From Diplonema japonicum (Eukaryota; Protista; Euglenozoa: Diplonemea): a DNA stretch of 64,000 nt. The translations under genes were made by a program, and so were the position numbers. This document shows positions 1 to 11,877 of this stretch, piece after piece (position 1 is the first letter of the stretch; the number at the start of each line of letters is the position of its first letter). The notes under the pieces were generated by a model. That model did not search any database, was not told the origin of the DNA, and was given only the letters and a program-made list of their open reading frames with translations. Location: assembly GCA_964019335.1 (NCBI GenBank), contig OZ025700.1:124001-188000 (forward strand), in the 5' to 3' direction.

Positions 1-88
1 TCACATCTGCGCACCCCTCCACCACTAAGCACTGTGCTTGTTGTAAGTCCCCTTGGTTGATGGCGTGGAATAGAAGCTGGCTTGCCAT
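1..88 (-). CDS. 5' end of a probable ankyrin-repeat protein (runs off window start)
   Basis: ATG at 88 after an A-rich leader. Reads MASQLLFHAINQGDLQQAQCLVVEGCADV, matching the ankyrin pattern L-x-x-A-x-x-x-G...L...GAD-V-N. Only 29 codons are visible. Confidence 0.55.
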   Translation of the reverse strand, partial: MASQLLFHAINQGDLQQAQCLVVEGCADV

Positions 89-598
89 GCTTTTTCTTTT
101 TTTTTTTTAGAATCGCTTTTTTCTTTTTATTTCCAGCCCTTACAAAGCCATTCCTGAAGGAGATAAATAAAGAGTCGTCGACAATGGCAAGGAGACTGAA
201 CACAAAATTCTTTTTCTTTTTTTTTTTCTCGTTGCCCCTTTTTTCTCAAATTTGTTCAAGAAAAAAAAGGGGGGGGAGGGGGGGGGAACCTCACCGCAAA
301 AGATCGTGGAGAGTAGGAGAAAGTGCCAGCAGAGGTGGTCGGGTGATGGGGTGGAAAGAGAATGGGCAATGGAGGGGGACAGGAGAAAAATAGTTTTCTT
401 TTTTTTTTTCATTTCTATTCCTTTCATCCTCCGGTTTCCTTAAGTATTTTTCCCCTTCTTGGATCCCTTTTTTTTTTCTCGCCCCCCATCTCCCCCCCTC
501 GCCCACGTGCTCTCTCTCTCTCCCTCCCCTGCAAAAATACACTTTTCTTTCATTCATTTTTTCGCTTTTTTTCTTTTTTCTTTTCCTCTCTCTGTTCC

Positions 599-2305
599 TC
601 AAGGTGAATGCCAACCAGCAGGCTTGCGGAACCAAGGGGCGTTTTTCGCCAGCTTACGCATGATGAGAGAAACGTGGTACGACGCAGAGGCCTGCGTGAT
701 GTTGAAGGGGGAGTTCAGAGCCAGACGGCGGTCTTTCGAAGGAGTGACGGGCTCTGACTGATGCCATTCTATATACGTAAGATCCCGAGAGGCCGCAATA
801 CCAGGGTAGATGAAGGTACGGTCCACAAGGTGGTGGCCAGGACGAAGCTCAACAAGAATACCGTGCGCGGGAAGAAGGATGCTCCAGGCAAGGCCTGCAC
901 CGTGTACACCACACACAACATCGGCGGAGCCTGCCAGCATGGCTTGCGCCATGAGGGTTGTTCTGTCATTCGCGTCACTCTTCATCACCTGAAAGCCGTG
1001 TGAGCCTGCTGCCGTGATCAGGTTCTCAATACCCACCATCTGCCGCGTTCCCTGTTTGGAGCCTTCGCCTCTCATGATCAGCAGCATTTTTGGTTTCTGC
1101 CTGTCAGCTTCGTAGATCTTGTCCCATGGTGCTGCAACAGGGGAAGCAACTTGAGGTGTTTTCTCGGCTGTGAAGTGCCCTAGGAGGTGCTTTGCAAAGG
1201 CTGTCGCCAGCTCTATATGGTACTCGTCCACCATTTTGTCCTCCCACTGCAAGAACACATTTGTCGGGGTTCCCATCACAACGTTTCCGTAGCACTGCGG
1301 CTCCGTCACCTTGGGAAGGTCCAGCGGGCAGTTTGTGAACGATTCCAACACACGGCGCACCTCAGCACCTTTGCTCTCGCCCCAACCGGCTGCCCACTGC
1401 GATTTATCACCCGCCTGGCTCAAATCCCTGTTGTTCTGGTAACCCATCAACTGGAGGATCAGTGTCAGACGTGCGTTCGTCGCGCTGAACGTCCCGTTCT
1501 GAACAAGCTGCGGGTCCGCATGGACAATGGAGCCGAAGATGTCGAGGAGCGTGTTGAGCCAGTGCCAGATGTTGTTGCCATCGACAACCCACCTGTGGTG
1601 CACCATCATGATGGTCCTACCGGAGCCGACACCGTCGTTGCCGCATGTCAATTCGTGTTGCTTTTGACAAGCCACATCGGCAGGGCATGTTTTGAGTGAA
1701 ATCCTGAACGGCCCGTCGTGGTGCGGGCAGAACTGCAGTGGGTTGGCGTCGGGGTTGTTCTTGTGCCCGAGACAGAGGCGTTTGTTGTTGATGCACACCC
1801 TGTCGGACCAGCACATGCTGCGGGGGGGCACAGTTCCTATGGTGGTCAAACGTTTCTTTGGAATAGTCCCGTGTGGGCCCATGTCACCCCACCATGAGCA
1901 TATGTCCTTGAATGGCTTAATTTCATCGGTTGCATGATGAATCCCCAGCTCGATGCTTGGAGTTGCGTGTTCACATCTTGATTCTCCAGGTGGGAAATCT
2001 TTGTTACACTGCAGCACAGGGACAATACGCTTGGATGGGAGCGGGGCGGGACGGGGTTTTTGAGGTTTTTCAACCACAGTCACTACCTGTACGGGGGGTG
2101 GGGTGGTTGGTGTTGGGGGTGTCGTTAAGGGCACCGCAACTGATTTTGTCTCCGCCGGTGGGCAGTGAACAAGACTTACCTCCGCCCCCGCCTCGAAACG
2201 CCCTCCTCGAAAATTAATCCCCATAAGTGCGAACCCAATTAGCGAAGCCATCACAATTACAACTTCCCTGTTTACCCCACAGGTGCTTCTGGCAGGAATC
2301 GTCAT
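599..2305 (-). CDS. Glycosyltransferase family 61 (DUF563) type II membrane protein
   Basis: 568-aa ORF with an N-terminal TM helix, a P/T-rich stem, NIWHWL, and the C-terminal ADVVCGVHGAGLAW...LVELRP motif typical of GT61. Confidence 0.85.
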   Translation of the reverse strand: MTIPARSTCGVNREVVIVMASLIGFALMGINFRGGRFEAGAEVSLVHCPPAETKSVAVPLTTPPTPTTPPPVQVVTVVEKPQKPRPAPLPSKRIVPVLQCNKDFPPGESRCEHATPSIELGIHHATDEIKPFKDICSWWGDMGPHGTIPKKRLTTIGTVPPRSMCWSDRVCINNKRLCLGHKNNPDANPLQFCPHHDGPFRISLKTCPADVACQKQHELTCGNDGVGSGRTIMMVHHRWVVDGNNIWHWLNTLLDIFGSIVHADPQLVQNGTFSATNARLTLILQLMGYQNNRDLSQAGDKSQWAAGWGESKGAEVRRVLESFTNCPLDLPKVTEPQCYGNVVMGTPTNVFLQWEDKMVDEYHIELATAFAKHLLGHFTAEKTPQVASPVAAPWDKIYEADRQKPKMLLIMRGEGSKQGTRQMVGIENLITAAGSHGFQVMKSDANDRTTLMAQAMLAGSADVVCGVHGAGLAWSILLPAHGILVELRPGHHLVDRTFIYPGIAASRDLTYIEWHQSEPVTPSKDRRLALNSPFNITQASASYHVSLIMRKLAKNAPWFRKPAGWHSP

Positions 2306-2921
2306 TCCGGAAATACCGGAGAATTTGATCGGGAATCGATCGCCGTCCCGCCCCTCCCTCCCTTTTTGTTTTTGTTTTTTTTTCTTTTTTTGTTTGTTGT
2401 TGCAACTAAAAAAAAAAAAAGAAAAAAAAATAAGAAACGGGGATAACAGGAATATGGAGGAACATATTTTTTGATATGTGGAGACGGGAGTGGTGGACTT
2501 ACGGAGAGGGGGGGAAGGGGGGGGTGAAATCTTACAGACACGGAAAAAAAAAAAAAAAAAAGAAGCGACATTTTCTTCTTTTTTCCTCTCCTCTATGTCT
2601 CCCCCATATCTTCTTCCCCCAAAACCCCCTCCCTTTCTTTGTTTTTCTTTTTTTTAAAAACTCGTTTTTTTTTTCTTTTTCTTTTCTAATTTTTTTTTTT
2701 CTTTTTAATTTCCTTGAATCGAAAAGAATTTCAAAAGAACAGAAATATCTTAAAAAAGGGGTTTCAGTTTCTTTTTTTTTTTTTTTTTTTTTTGTTTTCT
2801 TCTTTTTTTCTTCTAAAATCGGGGGTACAAAATCATCAAAGAAAATTTAAAAAAAAAATGGAAAGATCTTAGAATAAAAAGGGAGGGGGAAGATCAAAAC
2901 TTTAAAAAAAGAAGAAAAAAT

Positions 2922-5900
2922 CTAATCATCAGGCCCGTCGTTTGCTTTAGTTCCTTCTGCAAAGCTGACAGAACGGATTAAGTTGCTGCTGCTCATATTT
3001 CGCAAAGAAGAAGCACCTGGAGTAACCAGGGGGTCGTTGTAATCGGGGTGCGTTATGTTCAAAGGGGAGTCGAATTCCTATTTAAAAAAAAAAAATCTTT
3101 TTTACCCCATATTTTTTCTGCAAACCTGTTCCGGGTACTCTCCAACCACTGTGCCATCATCTTCATCACTCCACTCTTCTTGAGAATAGTTGTTTTGCCT
3201 CCCACGGTTGGCCAGCTTGGTGTTCAGTTGCCCGGACCACTGCATCAGCTCTTGCATCATTGCAGCTCGTGATGTTTGCTGTACTTCGGCCACCTCTTCA
3301 CTCCCCTTGAAGTTCCCCATGGCACGCTCCTGTTTTTTTTTTTTTTTTTTTTTTTTTGGAGGGGTATTCCGAACCTTTACTTCCTTCCTCTGTGCTTCTG
3401 TCAAAAAACCATCAGCCTCTACCCCATTGCCGTTCTCACTGCTGACAACACCGTCGTCCAGAGTTCTGCCAATGTGCATCGGTGGCTCAACATGCTGTGG
3501 GGGCGGCGCAGTTTCGAAAACCGGTGGTTCGCGTCTGTTTTTTTTTTTTTTTTTTTTTTTTTTTTCTTTCTTTCAACATCGCGGGGGACACCTTCATCGT
3601 GCCTGGGAAACCGAAGAAGGGACAGAAGCGCCTTTGACGGAAAATCCTTCTACAGCGTCATAGAGCCTATTCACTCCCCATAGCAGATAGACAGAAGAAG
3701 GCGTGGACGGTGGTCGGCGTTCAAAGCACTGGGAACAGAACAGGAACGACGTGGAATAAGCCAGCGACAGAAGCGGGCTACACTCCACAATGACCCGTTG
3801 TCCTACGTCATCTCAGTGACAGTATCGAGCGCGCTGGAAAGGACAGGTCTTGGGCAGAGAATACGACGCATAGTACAGGGTACGGCTCACAGAGGACCCC
3901 CTGAGACCGGTGGGATATGCAGGTGGATGCCGAGAATCGGATGGGACTGGGAGAAGATGGAAAAGCCACAGAATTAGAGTGGCCCAAGCGAGGGAACGCC
4001 TTCAGGGCGGCTGTAAGGGCAGCCAGGAGTGCGGCGCTAGTAGCGGTACGGAAAACGGTCAACGGACTCGGGGTAGAAGCAGACCCCAAACGAATGACCT
4101 CTGGAGGACAGTTAAGATCGCCATTTAGCTTTCTGTATCAAGAGGGTAATAGCAGGAGGGGTCCCCTACCTAAGCCCGCTTGCCAAGGCAGGTCCAAAGT
4201 GCGTACCCCCCACGAATAATGAGGGCGAGGTCCGAGTGAAGATGAGGAAGATCAGGACGAGCCACTGTCCTCAAGTGGGATTGTCTTTTACTATGAGTTC
4301 CTTTTATTTCCCTCCCAAAAAAAACACACCTAGTCGGGAGTCTTGCCTCACGACCCTTCCCTGTAACAACCTGCTGAGGCTGCGGAATGCTTGGCTGGTA
4401 CACCTTTTTTTTCTTCTTTTTTACCTCTCAAAAATAAAAAACACACCGACTCAGGCTGTACCAACACAGTAACGGATGATGAAGGCCTCGGGGTCGAAGG
4501 CTTCTTATTTAAATCTATATGTTTAGGTGTAGGTGTAGGAACTGGGATTGGGACGGGGGTGGGAACAGGGGCGGGGTGCGGCGTGGGGCCGGACGAAGGT
4601 ATTTTCACAGTTGACTGTCTAACTGGGGTTTGGAATGTAGGTGGCGGGACGGTGGGGTCCGACTCAATGCGAGCATCTAAGGGGGAACTGGAGGGCATCA
4701 TCCTGTGCACGCTGTGCAAGGGGATTGAGGTCGAGAAGCCCAGCTTCTCTTTATCTACTTTCTTATCAGGCGCTTTATCAGACTTCCCTGCGCTACCCCC
4801 CCGCTCGGAGAGGGACGGTGAGGGTCTGCGCACCCCCCCGACAGGGTTCAAGGTCTTGCTAGCTGTAGTCGAGATGGAGCCCCCACGGATAAAGGGGGAG
4901 ATGCTTCTAGGAGTTGTTACCTTACTGGCAACTTGCTTGGAAGAGACACGTGCCCCCCTCATGGTAGGGCTGCTTACCCTTGTTGACGGGGCCGGACCGA
5001 GGGAACTAGGCCTCCTCGGAGTGCGGTTCACAGGCCGTGCGTCGTTGAGAGATACAGGGAACTTTTGAAGATCTTTTGCACCTGCGCCCGCAGCAGGTGT
5101 CTGTGCCACCCTTAAGGCGTTTACCAGTGTATAGAGGTTGGCCGACAGCTCCTCGATCAGCTTCCCGTGGCTGCTCTGCGTCGAACGTGGGTTTGTATCG
5201 TAGCACAACACCATCTCCCTCACCCCCTCCAACAGGTTCGTCCTCCATTGTTCGCCCAGCCTGCCCACAGCAGTCTCCACCTTCAACTCCCCTGGAAGCC
5301 ATGTCGTGGTGTTCGGGTCTGTCGGCGTGCTCCCCCGCAGGTCCCGCAGATTTAATATAATGCTCTTCGTGTGTCGGAAGGCTTCGGAGAATGCAGCTGT
5401 GTCCGACCTGCATTTTGCAAGGTGTCCTTGCGACATGCTTGCGATGCTGTTGCGTGTCAAGGTGGTCGCTTCACCCCTTAGGCGGCTGAACAGCACGTCG
5501 GAGAGCTTTTTGATCTCAGCGGTGTATGAAGTGATGCCGTTGGTCCCCCGTCTTGGGTGGCGTTGCTGGTGTTGCATGGCCGTGAAGTGGTGGGATGATA
5601 GAGAGCTGTACCAGTCCTCAAGCTTTTGTGCGACGTGCAAGACGTCGGCCCTGCGGGCTTGAAGGTCGTCGAGGAGGACACCCACGGCCTCTATGGGGAG
5701 GCTGTCCGGGTTGTGCACAAGGTGTGCCGTGGCCCACTCCATGTGCGTCCTCACAATGTCGTCCCGCCGCTCGTCCTTCATGACCCGCAGCGCCTCGCCC
5801 AACGCACGCGCCTCGTCCTTGTACCACGCTACCTCCCGCTCCAGCTCTTTTGTCCTTGCTGCAGACTTTCTCAATTCCTCTTCTAACTGAGCGTTTCTAA

Positions 5901-6268
5901 AGGGGGGAGGGGGGGGGGGGGGGGGTTGAAGATACATCAAAAGAATTAAATAAAATCATACCGCTCTTCCTCATCTACAATTCTTTCTATCAAGAAGCCC
6001 TCGGGGTCGGCACCGTCGCCGCCTGGCCTTCCCTGTGGTTGGGGTGGGATGGGGTAGGGGGAGCTCATACCGCAAGCTGTTGAGTAGCCTCCCGCAGCCT
6101 CGCTTGCAATATCTCGATATCCCTGTCCTTCTTCCCAAGCAGCCTTGTCTGCTCCGACAGTTCGCTGTTCAGCCACGTCACGTAGGCGCTGCCTTCAAGG
6201 GTGCCGTTCCCGTCGTCGTGTCGCACACCGTTCGGGACGGGTCTCGCCCTGCCTGGCGAGGATGCCAT
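2922..6268 (-). CDS. 7-exon coiled-coil / Pro-Ser-rich hypothetical protein
   Basis: GT-AG introns 6033-6070, 5897-5961, 4404-4446, 3535-4329, 3330-3374 and 3078-3125 join the track ORFs into one open frame (MASSPGR...NDGPDD*). Confidence 0.75.
3575..4300 (+). mobile_element. Degenerate insertion, probably a retroelement fragment, inside intron 4
   Basis: ~720 bp of GC-balanced, stop-interrupted coding-like sequence inflates one intron to 795 nt versus 38-71 nt for all others. Flanking splice phases match (ACT AG|A CGC). No diagnostic motif or TSD was found. Confidence 0.5.
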
Positions 6269-6382
6269 CTTCCTTCCCTGGGTAAAATGATGTCGGTTTT
6301 GTTTGAAAAAGAAGGGGTGAAGAAAAAAAAAAAGAAAACTGGATTTTTATGAACAACCGACGATAGTGCCCAGTCGGACTAT

Positions 6383-6970
6383 TTAGTTGGTTAAGAACAT
6401 GTCTTGCCCTCCGATGCGGACCTTGGTGGGGCCGCGCATTATGGGGTAGCGGGGCCAGGGCTGTCGTTTGAGGGGGGAGGAGGGGGCGGGGGCGGCGGAC
6501 TGAGGGCGTCGTGAGCTGCGAAGGAGGAAAGGCCCGCCGGGGATGCGGGGCCGCAGCGGCGTACCAGAGTAATCTGAAGCGTAAGAATCAGTAGAGAGCG
6601 AGAGGTGCGACGAACGAAGTGCAGGGCGTTGCAGTGACTTGTCTGCCTCGTATGTGTGCACTTCGTGCCCGTCGCCTTTGGTTGTGAGGATCTCTTCTTG
6701 TATAAAGTTTTCCCCTGTTATGAATGCCGCACCCTTTCGGTGGCCACTGAAGCCGACGATGCGCTTCATCGGTTCAGGCCTCACTGCCTTTTTTGTGGGG
6801 TAGGCTTGCCGATCTTGGGGCACACCAGACATCGACCAGTCTGTCACTTTCACTTCCCGGAGTTGCCTCACCACCTTCACCGGCACCACCCGCCCTAGGT
6901 CGTTCTGTGGGAACATCGGCCTGTGCCCACCGTATCCGGACTTTCGCAGCATAAACCTTCGATCTTCCAT
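6383..6970 (-). CDS. Hypothetical 195-aa basic protein with two G[YF]xGH motifs (possible ciliary microtubule-inner-protein type)
   Basis: Clean ORF after an A-rich leader. SGYGGHRP and VGFSGHRK resemble the FAM166-type GYxGxxP repeats; the family assignment is tentative. Confidence 0.6.
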   Translation of the reverse strand: MEDRRFMLRKSGYGGHRPMFPQNDLGRVVPVKVVRQLREVKVTDWSMSGVPQDRQAYPTKKAVRPEPMKRIVGFSGHRKGAAFITGENFIQEEILTTKGDGHEVHTYEADKSLQRPALRSSHLSLSTDSYASDYSGTPLRPRIPGGPFLLRSSRRPQSAAPAPSSPLKRQPWPRYPIMRGPTKVRIGGQDMFLTN

Positions 6971-7718
6971 GGTTTTTTTTTCCCTTTCTTGTTTTTTTTT
7001 TTTTTTTTTTCTTTCTCCCCTTTACCCAACCTTTTTTTTTTTTTGGAATAGGAGAGAAAACCAACAGAATTTTCCTTTTTTTTTTTCTTTTTAACCATCC
7101 TACCAACGAGCTACCAGAGGGGAAGGGGGTAACTTTTTTTGATTTCAAAAGGTCAAGTAACTTAGAGAAAATTTAAAAAAAAACCATCCTAACGCAGCGC
7201 CGGATCTGTGTACCACCTGCCTGAAATGCCCCTTGAGTGCCACAGCAGCCCACCCACTATATCGCCGGAAATATCGATCCTAGAGTGCCTGAAATGGGCA
7301 CAAAAACTAAATTTTGGCAACATCTAGCCCAGCCCTGCGGGGTAACCAATTTTCAGCCTCCAGCCCATATGTGGCCTCGTAGGTAAGATGGATAGGAGTT
7401 ATATATTTTCTTCTTTTTTTTTGTAAAGAGGTTACACAATTGGGGGGGGGGGGGGGGGTTTCTTTCCCTCATTCTTTCTTTTTTTTTTGGTACTAAAGAA
7501 GAAGACGGAATAATAACAAAAGATATCTTTGAAGGGAACCGCAAAACTGCAAAAGAAAAAAAAAAGAGAAAAAAAGCACAACGTAAAACGAGCCCCTGCA
7601 GTACTGCCTTCGGGGTGGGGGGGGAGTTACACCCCTTAATAAGAGCATTTTTTTTTCCCCTTTGCAAATGAGAAAACAGATAAAAAGAAATATAACGGAA
7701 TACACGGAGCCAGAGCTT

Positions 7719-10139
7719 TCAGAACGACGGCAAAGGGTGTTGCACAAGGTGCGCAAGGGCGGTATCGGACAACTTACCCTCGAGACCACGCACGGTCTTA
7801 AGCACCTGAATTGAATACAATCTTGCAAAAAAAAAAAAAAAAAAAAAAAAATACACACCGCATCAAACATAGGCCGTTCTGCAGCAGGCTTCCAACAAGG
7901 GGTGATGAGCGTGTCCCACAAAACCGCTGGGCAAGAAGGCGGTCGGGGTGGCAGCTTCCCTTCAAGTATGGCGTTCCGTGGGTTGTTGAAGTGCGACCGG
8001 AAGGGCTGGTACTGCGCGTAGACCTGCAGTTATTAAAAACACAAATTTAAAAAAAATATATATATACCAAGCATTCCCAGAGGACAAGGCCGAAGGACCA
8101 GACATCACTTGCAACGTCCCATGACAGGGTGCGCTGTGCGGGATCAAGAGGGGTGTTACATTGGTGTTACATACAATGCTTTCAGGTGATGTCCAGCACA
8201 GAGGGAACCGCTCTTTGGGGTCTTTGCTTTGGATGAACGAAGAGGTCTCGGGAGTAAGGACGCGACTCAGGCCAAAGTCCCCCACCTTGTGGACACCGGA
8301 ATTGGTGCGGAATATGTTACGAGTGGCAAGGTCACGGTGGAGGCGCCGTTCGCACTGAAGGTAGTACATAGCAGAGCTGCTGTCTGCAGCAATGCGGAGA
8401 AACTCCCTTACATCGATGAAGCCGCCACTGCCGGACAACGTGTTGAGGTACTTCTCCAGAGAGCCACCGCCGCATAGTTCTGTCACCAGGAGCACCTTCC
8501 CATCAAGCCGCACTGCGTGTCCCATGCACGTCACGATGTTGGGGTGTCGCAGTCTCCACAGAGATGAGATCTCCTCCAGTAACTCGCTCTTGACGCCCTC
8601 AGGTTCCCTAGTCAGCTCCTTCACTGCCACGTCGTGCAGACGCCATGTCCCTGCCCACACGCTCCCGAAGTGTCCCTTTCCTATCAACGACGAAAAGTTT
8701 ATTTCATCGATATTGATGGCCTTCCCGTCGTCGAGCTGCAGGTCCCACGCGGGTTTGTCCAAAGTCCGCTTCTTCCGTATTATGTCCTTCATTTTGTTCC
8801 GCCTCACCACCGTCAGCCCCAGCTCGATTCGCAGCAGTTCGTCGACGTCCACATCGCTGTACCTCGCCACCTCCTTCAGGGTCAGCGACACACCCGCAAG
8901 GAGGTTCTCCAGCTCCTGCTCCATCTCGCCACTGCTATCGGTCGCTTTATTCGTCCCTGTGGGCGAGGGTGGCGGTACCTTGCACCCCATCACGTAAGGA
9001 TAATAACCATCTTTCTCGTATTCCGGCAGTTCGGATGCAGGGCGCTCGACTATCTTAAGGTCTATGGTGTGTATGTCGTAGACATGGCGTCCTGTTGCGA
9101 CCTCCGCACCACCGAATATCACCAGCTGCTTGTTGTAAATGCAGCTTGTTCCAGCGCCAAGCTGGTCGGGCGACGAATAAGGCGTCAGCCCACCTGAGCA
9201 CCACTCCATCGTCGCGAGGTTCAACACGTACAGCTCGGAGTACGGGCGTTCCCCGTCCATCTCAAGTGCGTCGCCAAGGGTGGGAGCGGCAGGCTTGAGG
9301 TTCGGGGACGATGTGGAACACCGTGGCTGCCCAGGGTCATATACATAAAGCGAACCATTGCAAGCGGACATAGGCCGTGCAGCAGGGGGTGGATGGTATG
9401 CCCGCGCCACCTCGCTCCACACGGAAGGCGGTGTCCCGAAACAAGTAACACTCCGCCATATGTTGGTCGCCATGCAAAGACAGTGCAGGTCGGTGAGGAC
9501 GTAGTCACGCCGGAGGCCCGTTCGCTGGTTTTTAGACTGCTTATAACCACCGAAGATATAAAGCATGTTGTTTTGCATAGCAGCGGAGTGCATCCCGCGT
9601 GGGGAGGGCGGCTCGCCCTTTGGGGTGAGAGCACGCCAGGTGGAAGTTGGGGTGTGAAATTTCCAAAGGTCGTTGAGCCCTTCGAAATGCCCATTGGTGC
9701 AGCACATGCCACCAAACAGGATGAGGTCAGCCGTGTGGGGTATCAGGGTGTGCGCAGCACGGCCACGGGGCGCGTTCTTAGTCTGCATCACTTCCCAAGA
9801 GTCGTCTGCGACAGAGTACCTTAGCATGTCATCACATTCACAGACCGAATCGTAGAGGGCATCCCACATCTGGTATTGGAACCCGTGTCTCCAGCCACCA
9901 TGGATGTAGACATGTGTATCAAGTGGTGCCACCGCGTGGCAGACTCTCCCATCTACTGCCCCCGGTCGCGTCTTTTTCCACTCCCCTTCCCATTGGAATA
10001 CCTCCAGCTTGCTGTTTTGATTCGCACCAACGAGGACCACCTTACCCCCCACCCCTGCGAGCCCGCACATTGTGTACCCCACTTCAGGCCCCCCGACGGG
10101 CGTCTTGCTCACAAATTTCTTTTCGCTCTCTTCGACCAT
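7719..10139 (-). CDS. Kelch-repeat protein kinase with tyrosine-kinase-type catalytic motifs (4 exons)
   Basis: Kelch repeats (IHGG, LFGG, IFGG) precede GKGHFG, VAVK, HRDLATRN, DFG and FPLCWTSPES. Removing introns 8134-8174, 8024-8067 and 7806-7858 restores SDVWSFGLVLWE and CW...ERP. Start placed at the A-preceded ATG 10139. Confidence 0.9.
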
Positions 10140-10912
10140 TTTCTTTTCTTTTTTTTTTTTACATTTGGGGGAATCGGGCGGGCCTTTTATTTTGATATTA
10201 GTTTCCTCAATAGTAATGCTGAGAATCCGCATGGGGGGGGGGGGGGGGGGGGGGGCAACAAAGCCGAGAAAGATCGGGGTGGAGGACGAGGGGTAGAAGT
10301 AAAAGTTGAGAGAGAAGCTAAAACAAGCGTCAACGTGTCAGAAGAAAAAAAAAGGATGAAGGAAAAAGAAAAGAAAAAAAAAAACCTAGGGCGGTGCAAG
10401 GAGAATAAGACAAAAAAAGGAGGGGGAAGGGTATGGGAGAAAAAAAAAAGAAAAAAAAAAGGACAGGAAGGAAATCACCCAGCTCAATAAACGAAACCTT
10501 TTTTTTTTTTGAATTTTAAAGCCCATAGTTGATATCTCAGGGCTTGTGTTTGCGAACAAAACAAACGCCAAGATATCGACCCCTTTGTATTTCTCTATCC
10601 CCTGGTTAGTTTCAATTGTGTTACTTTTTTTTATTAGCTTGTGTATCACCCCAGGACCGCAATGAATAGTTTGATGGCACCGCTAGCTTTCCGAAAGAAA
10701 TATAAAAAGAGGGGGGGGGATAAGATTAGGTAAAAGTAACTATATATTAAAGTATGTAAGTGGTACCCTATTTTAACTAGTTCACCCCCCCCCCCCCCCC
10801 CCCCCGCTTTAAGGGTAGAAAAAAATGGGGGGAAATGCCTAGAACGCAAACAATGGTTCCCTCCTTTATTATTTCTCCTTTTAATCAATACAGAACTCCC
10901 CCCCCCACCCCC

Positions 10913-11877
10913 TAGGGCTATGCTGGCAGGAAACGTGGAAACGTTTCCGTTTCCGTTTCCATGTTTTCAAAATTCTCATGGAAACGGCTATGTATATTTC
11001 GGTAAACACTGTTTAGAAGGTCCTTATATATTTGGGGTTTTTGAAGATACTTACTTTTGGGGTTTTACAAGGAAAGCGCACGTCGGTCTCTACAAAAACG
11101 AAAGTAAACATGGTCCAGAGAAAGCCCCCCTGGGAGGCGCTTGTGGGATGGGGTGGAGGTTCAGGCGGAGGATGGGAAGAAGACAGTAAAATGTCGCTTC
11201 TGTGATATGTGATATGGTCTTCACAGTAGCGTCAACCAGCAGACTCCGCGCCCACATGTTCCAAACAAAAGGCCAAGGAGTAGCGACGTGTGTCCCCAAA
11301 GGGGATAGTGTGGAGCCCCACAAGAAGCTGTTGGAGAAAGCGACAGCGGAGGCGAAGGCTGAGGCAGAGGGAACGAAGAAGCGTAAAGTGGAGAACAGGC
11401 CAATGACGCCATTTTTAACTGCGTTCGGGATTTCTTTCTCGAAACTGGGACCCCATTTTTGAGGGTCGAACATCGGTATGATGTTTATCTGTTTCGTGTC
11501 CTCTCATATTTTCTGTTCACAGAACATTCAAGGCACTGTTTGAGAAGGTGAAGCGCCTTCCGCTCGGGGCCACGTACGAGCTACCGGACAGGAAAGCTCT
11601 GAGCGGAAGGCTGGTTGACGACGCTGTTCAAAAAATGGATGCCACAATCGCATCCTTCATCGAAACCCAGAAGATATCCCCAGGGCGCCACCAACACTGG
11701 CCCCCTTTGTCTCGTATATTTCTTCCAAGTGATTTGCCCCCAAAAAAATAAGTCTCTAAAACCCAAACGTTTCTGCCCCAAGGAAACGGCCCCAAAATAG
11801 GGAAACGTTTCCGTTTCTGTTTCCGTTTCCCTTTTTTTCAATGCATGGAAACGCGTTTCCATGCCAGCATAGCCCTA
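10913..11877 (+). mobile_element. Internally deleted hAT-type DNA transposon
   Basis: Terminal inverted repeats TAGGGCTATGCTGGCA, multiple subterminal GGAAAC/GTTTCC repeats at both ends, and internal transposase remnants (BED finger). Confidence 0.88.
11110..11690 (+). pseudogene. hAT transposase N-terminal remnant (BED zinc finger)
   Basis: LWDGVEVQAEDGKKTVKCRFCDM/VFTVASTSRLRAHMFQTKGQGVATC is a BED finger, broken by a 7-bp duplication at 11203-11216. It continues as GISFSKL and FKALFEKVKRLPLGATYELPDRKALSGRLVD, matching the hAT 'F...y..Psr..l...Ld' block. Likely intron at 11476-11522. No DDE core. Confidence 0.8.

Noticed and set aside
7190-7345. Complex island with CAGCGCCGGATC...CAGCCCTG ends and two TGCCTGAAATG copies (possible MITE)
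   Set aside because: Inverted ends match poorly and there is no TSD, so support is insufficient.
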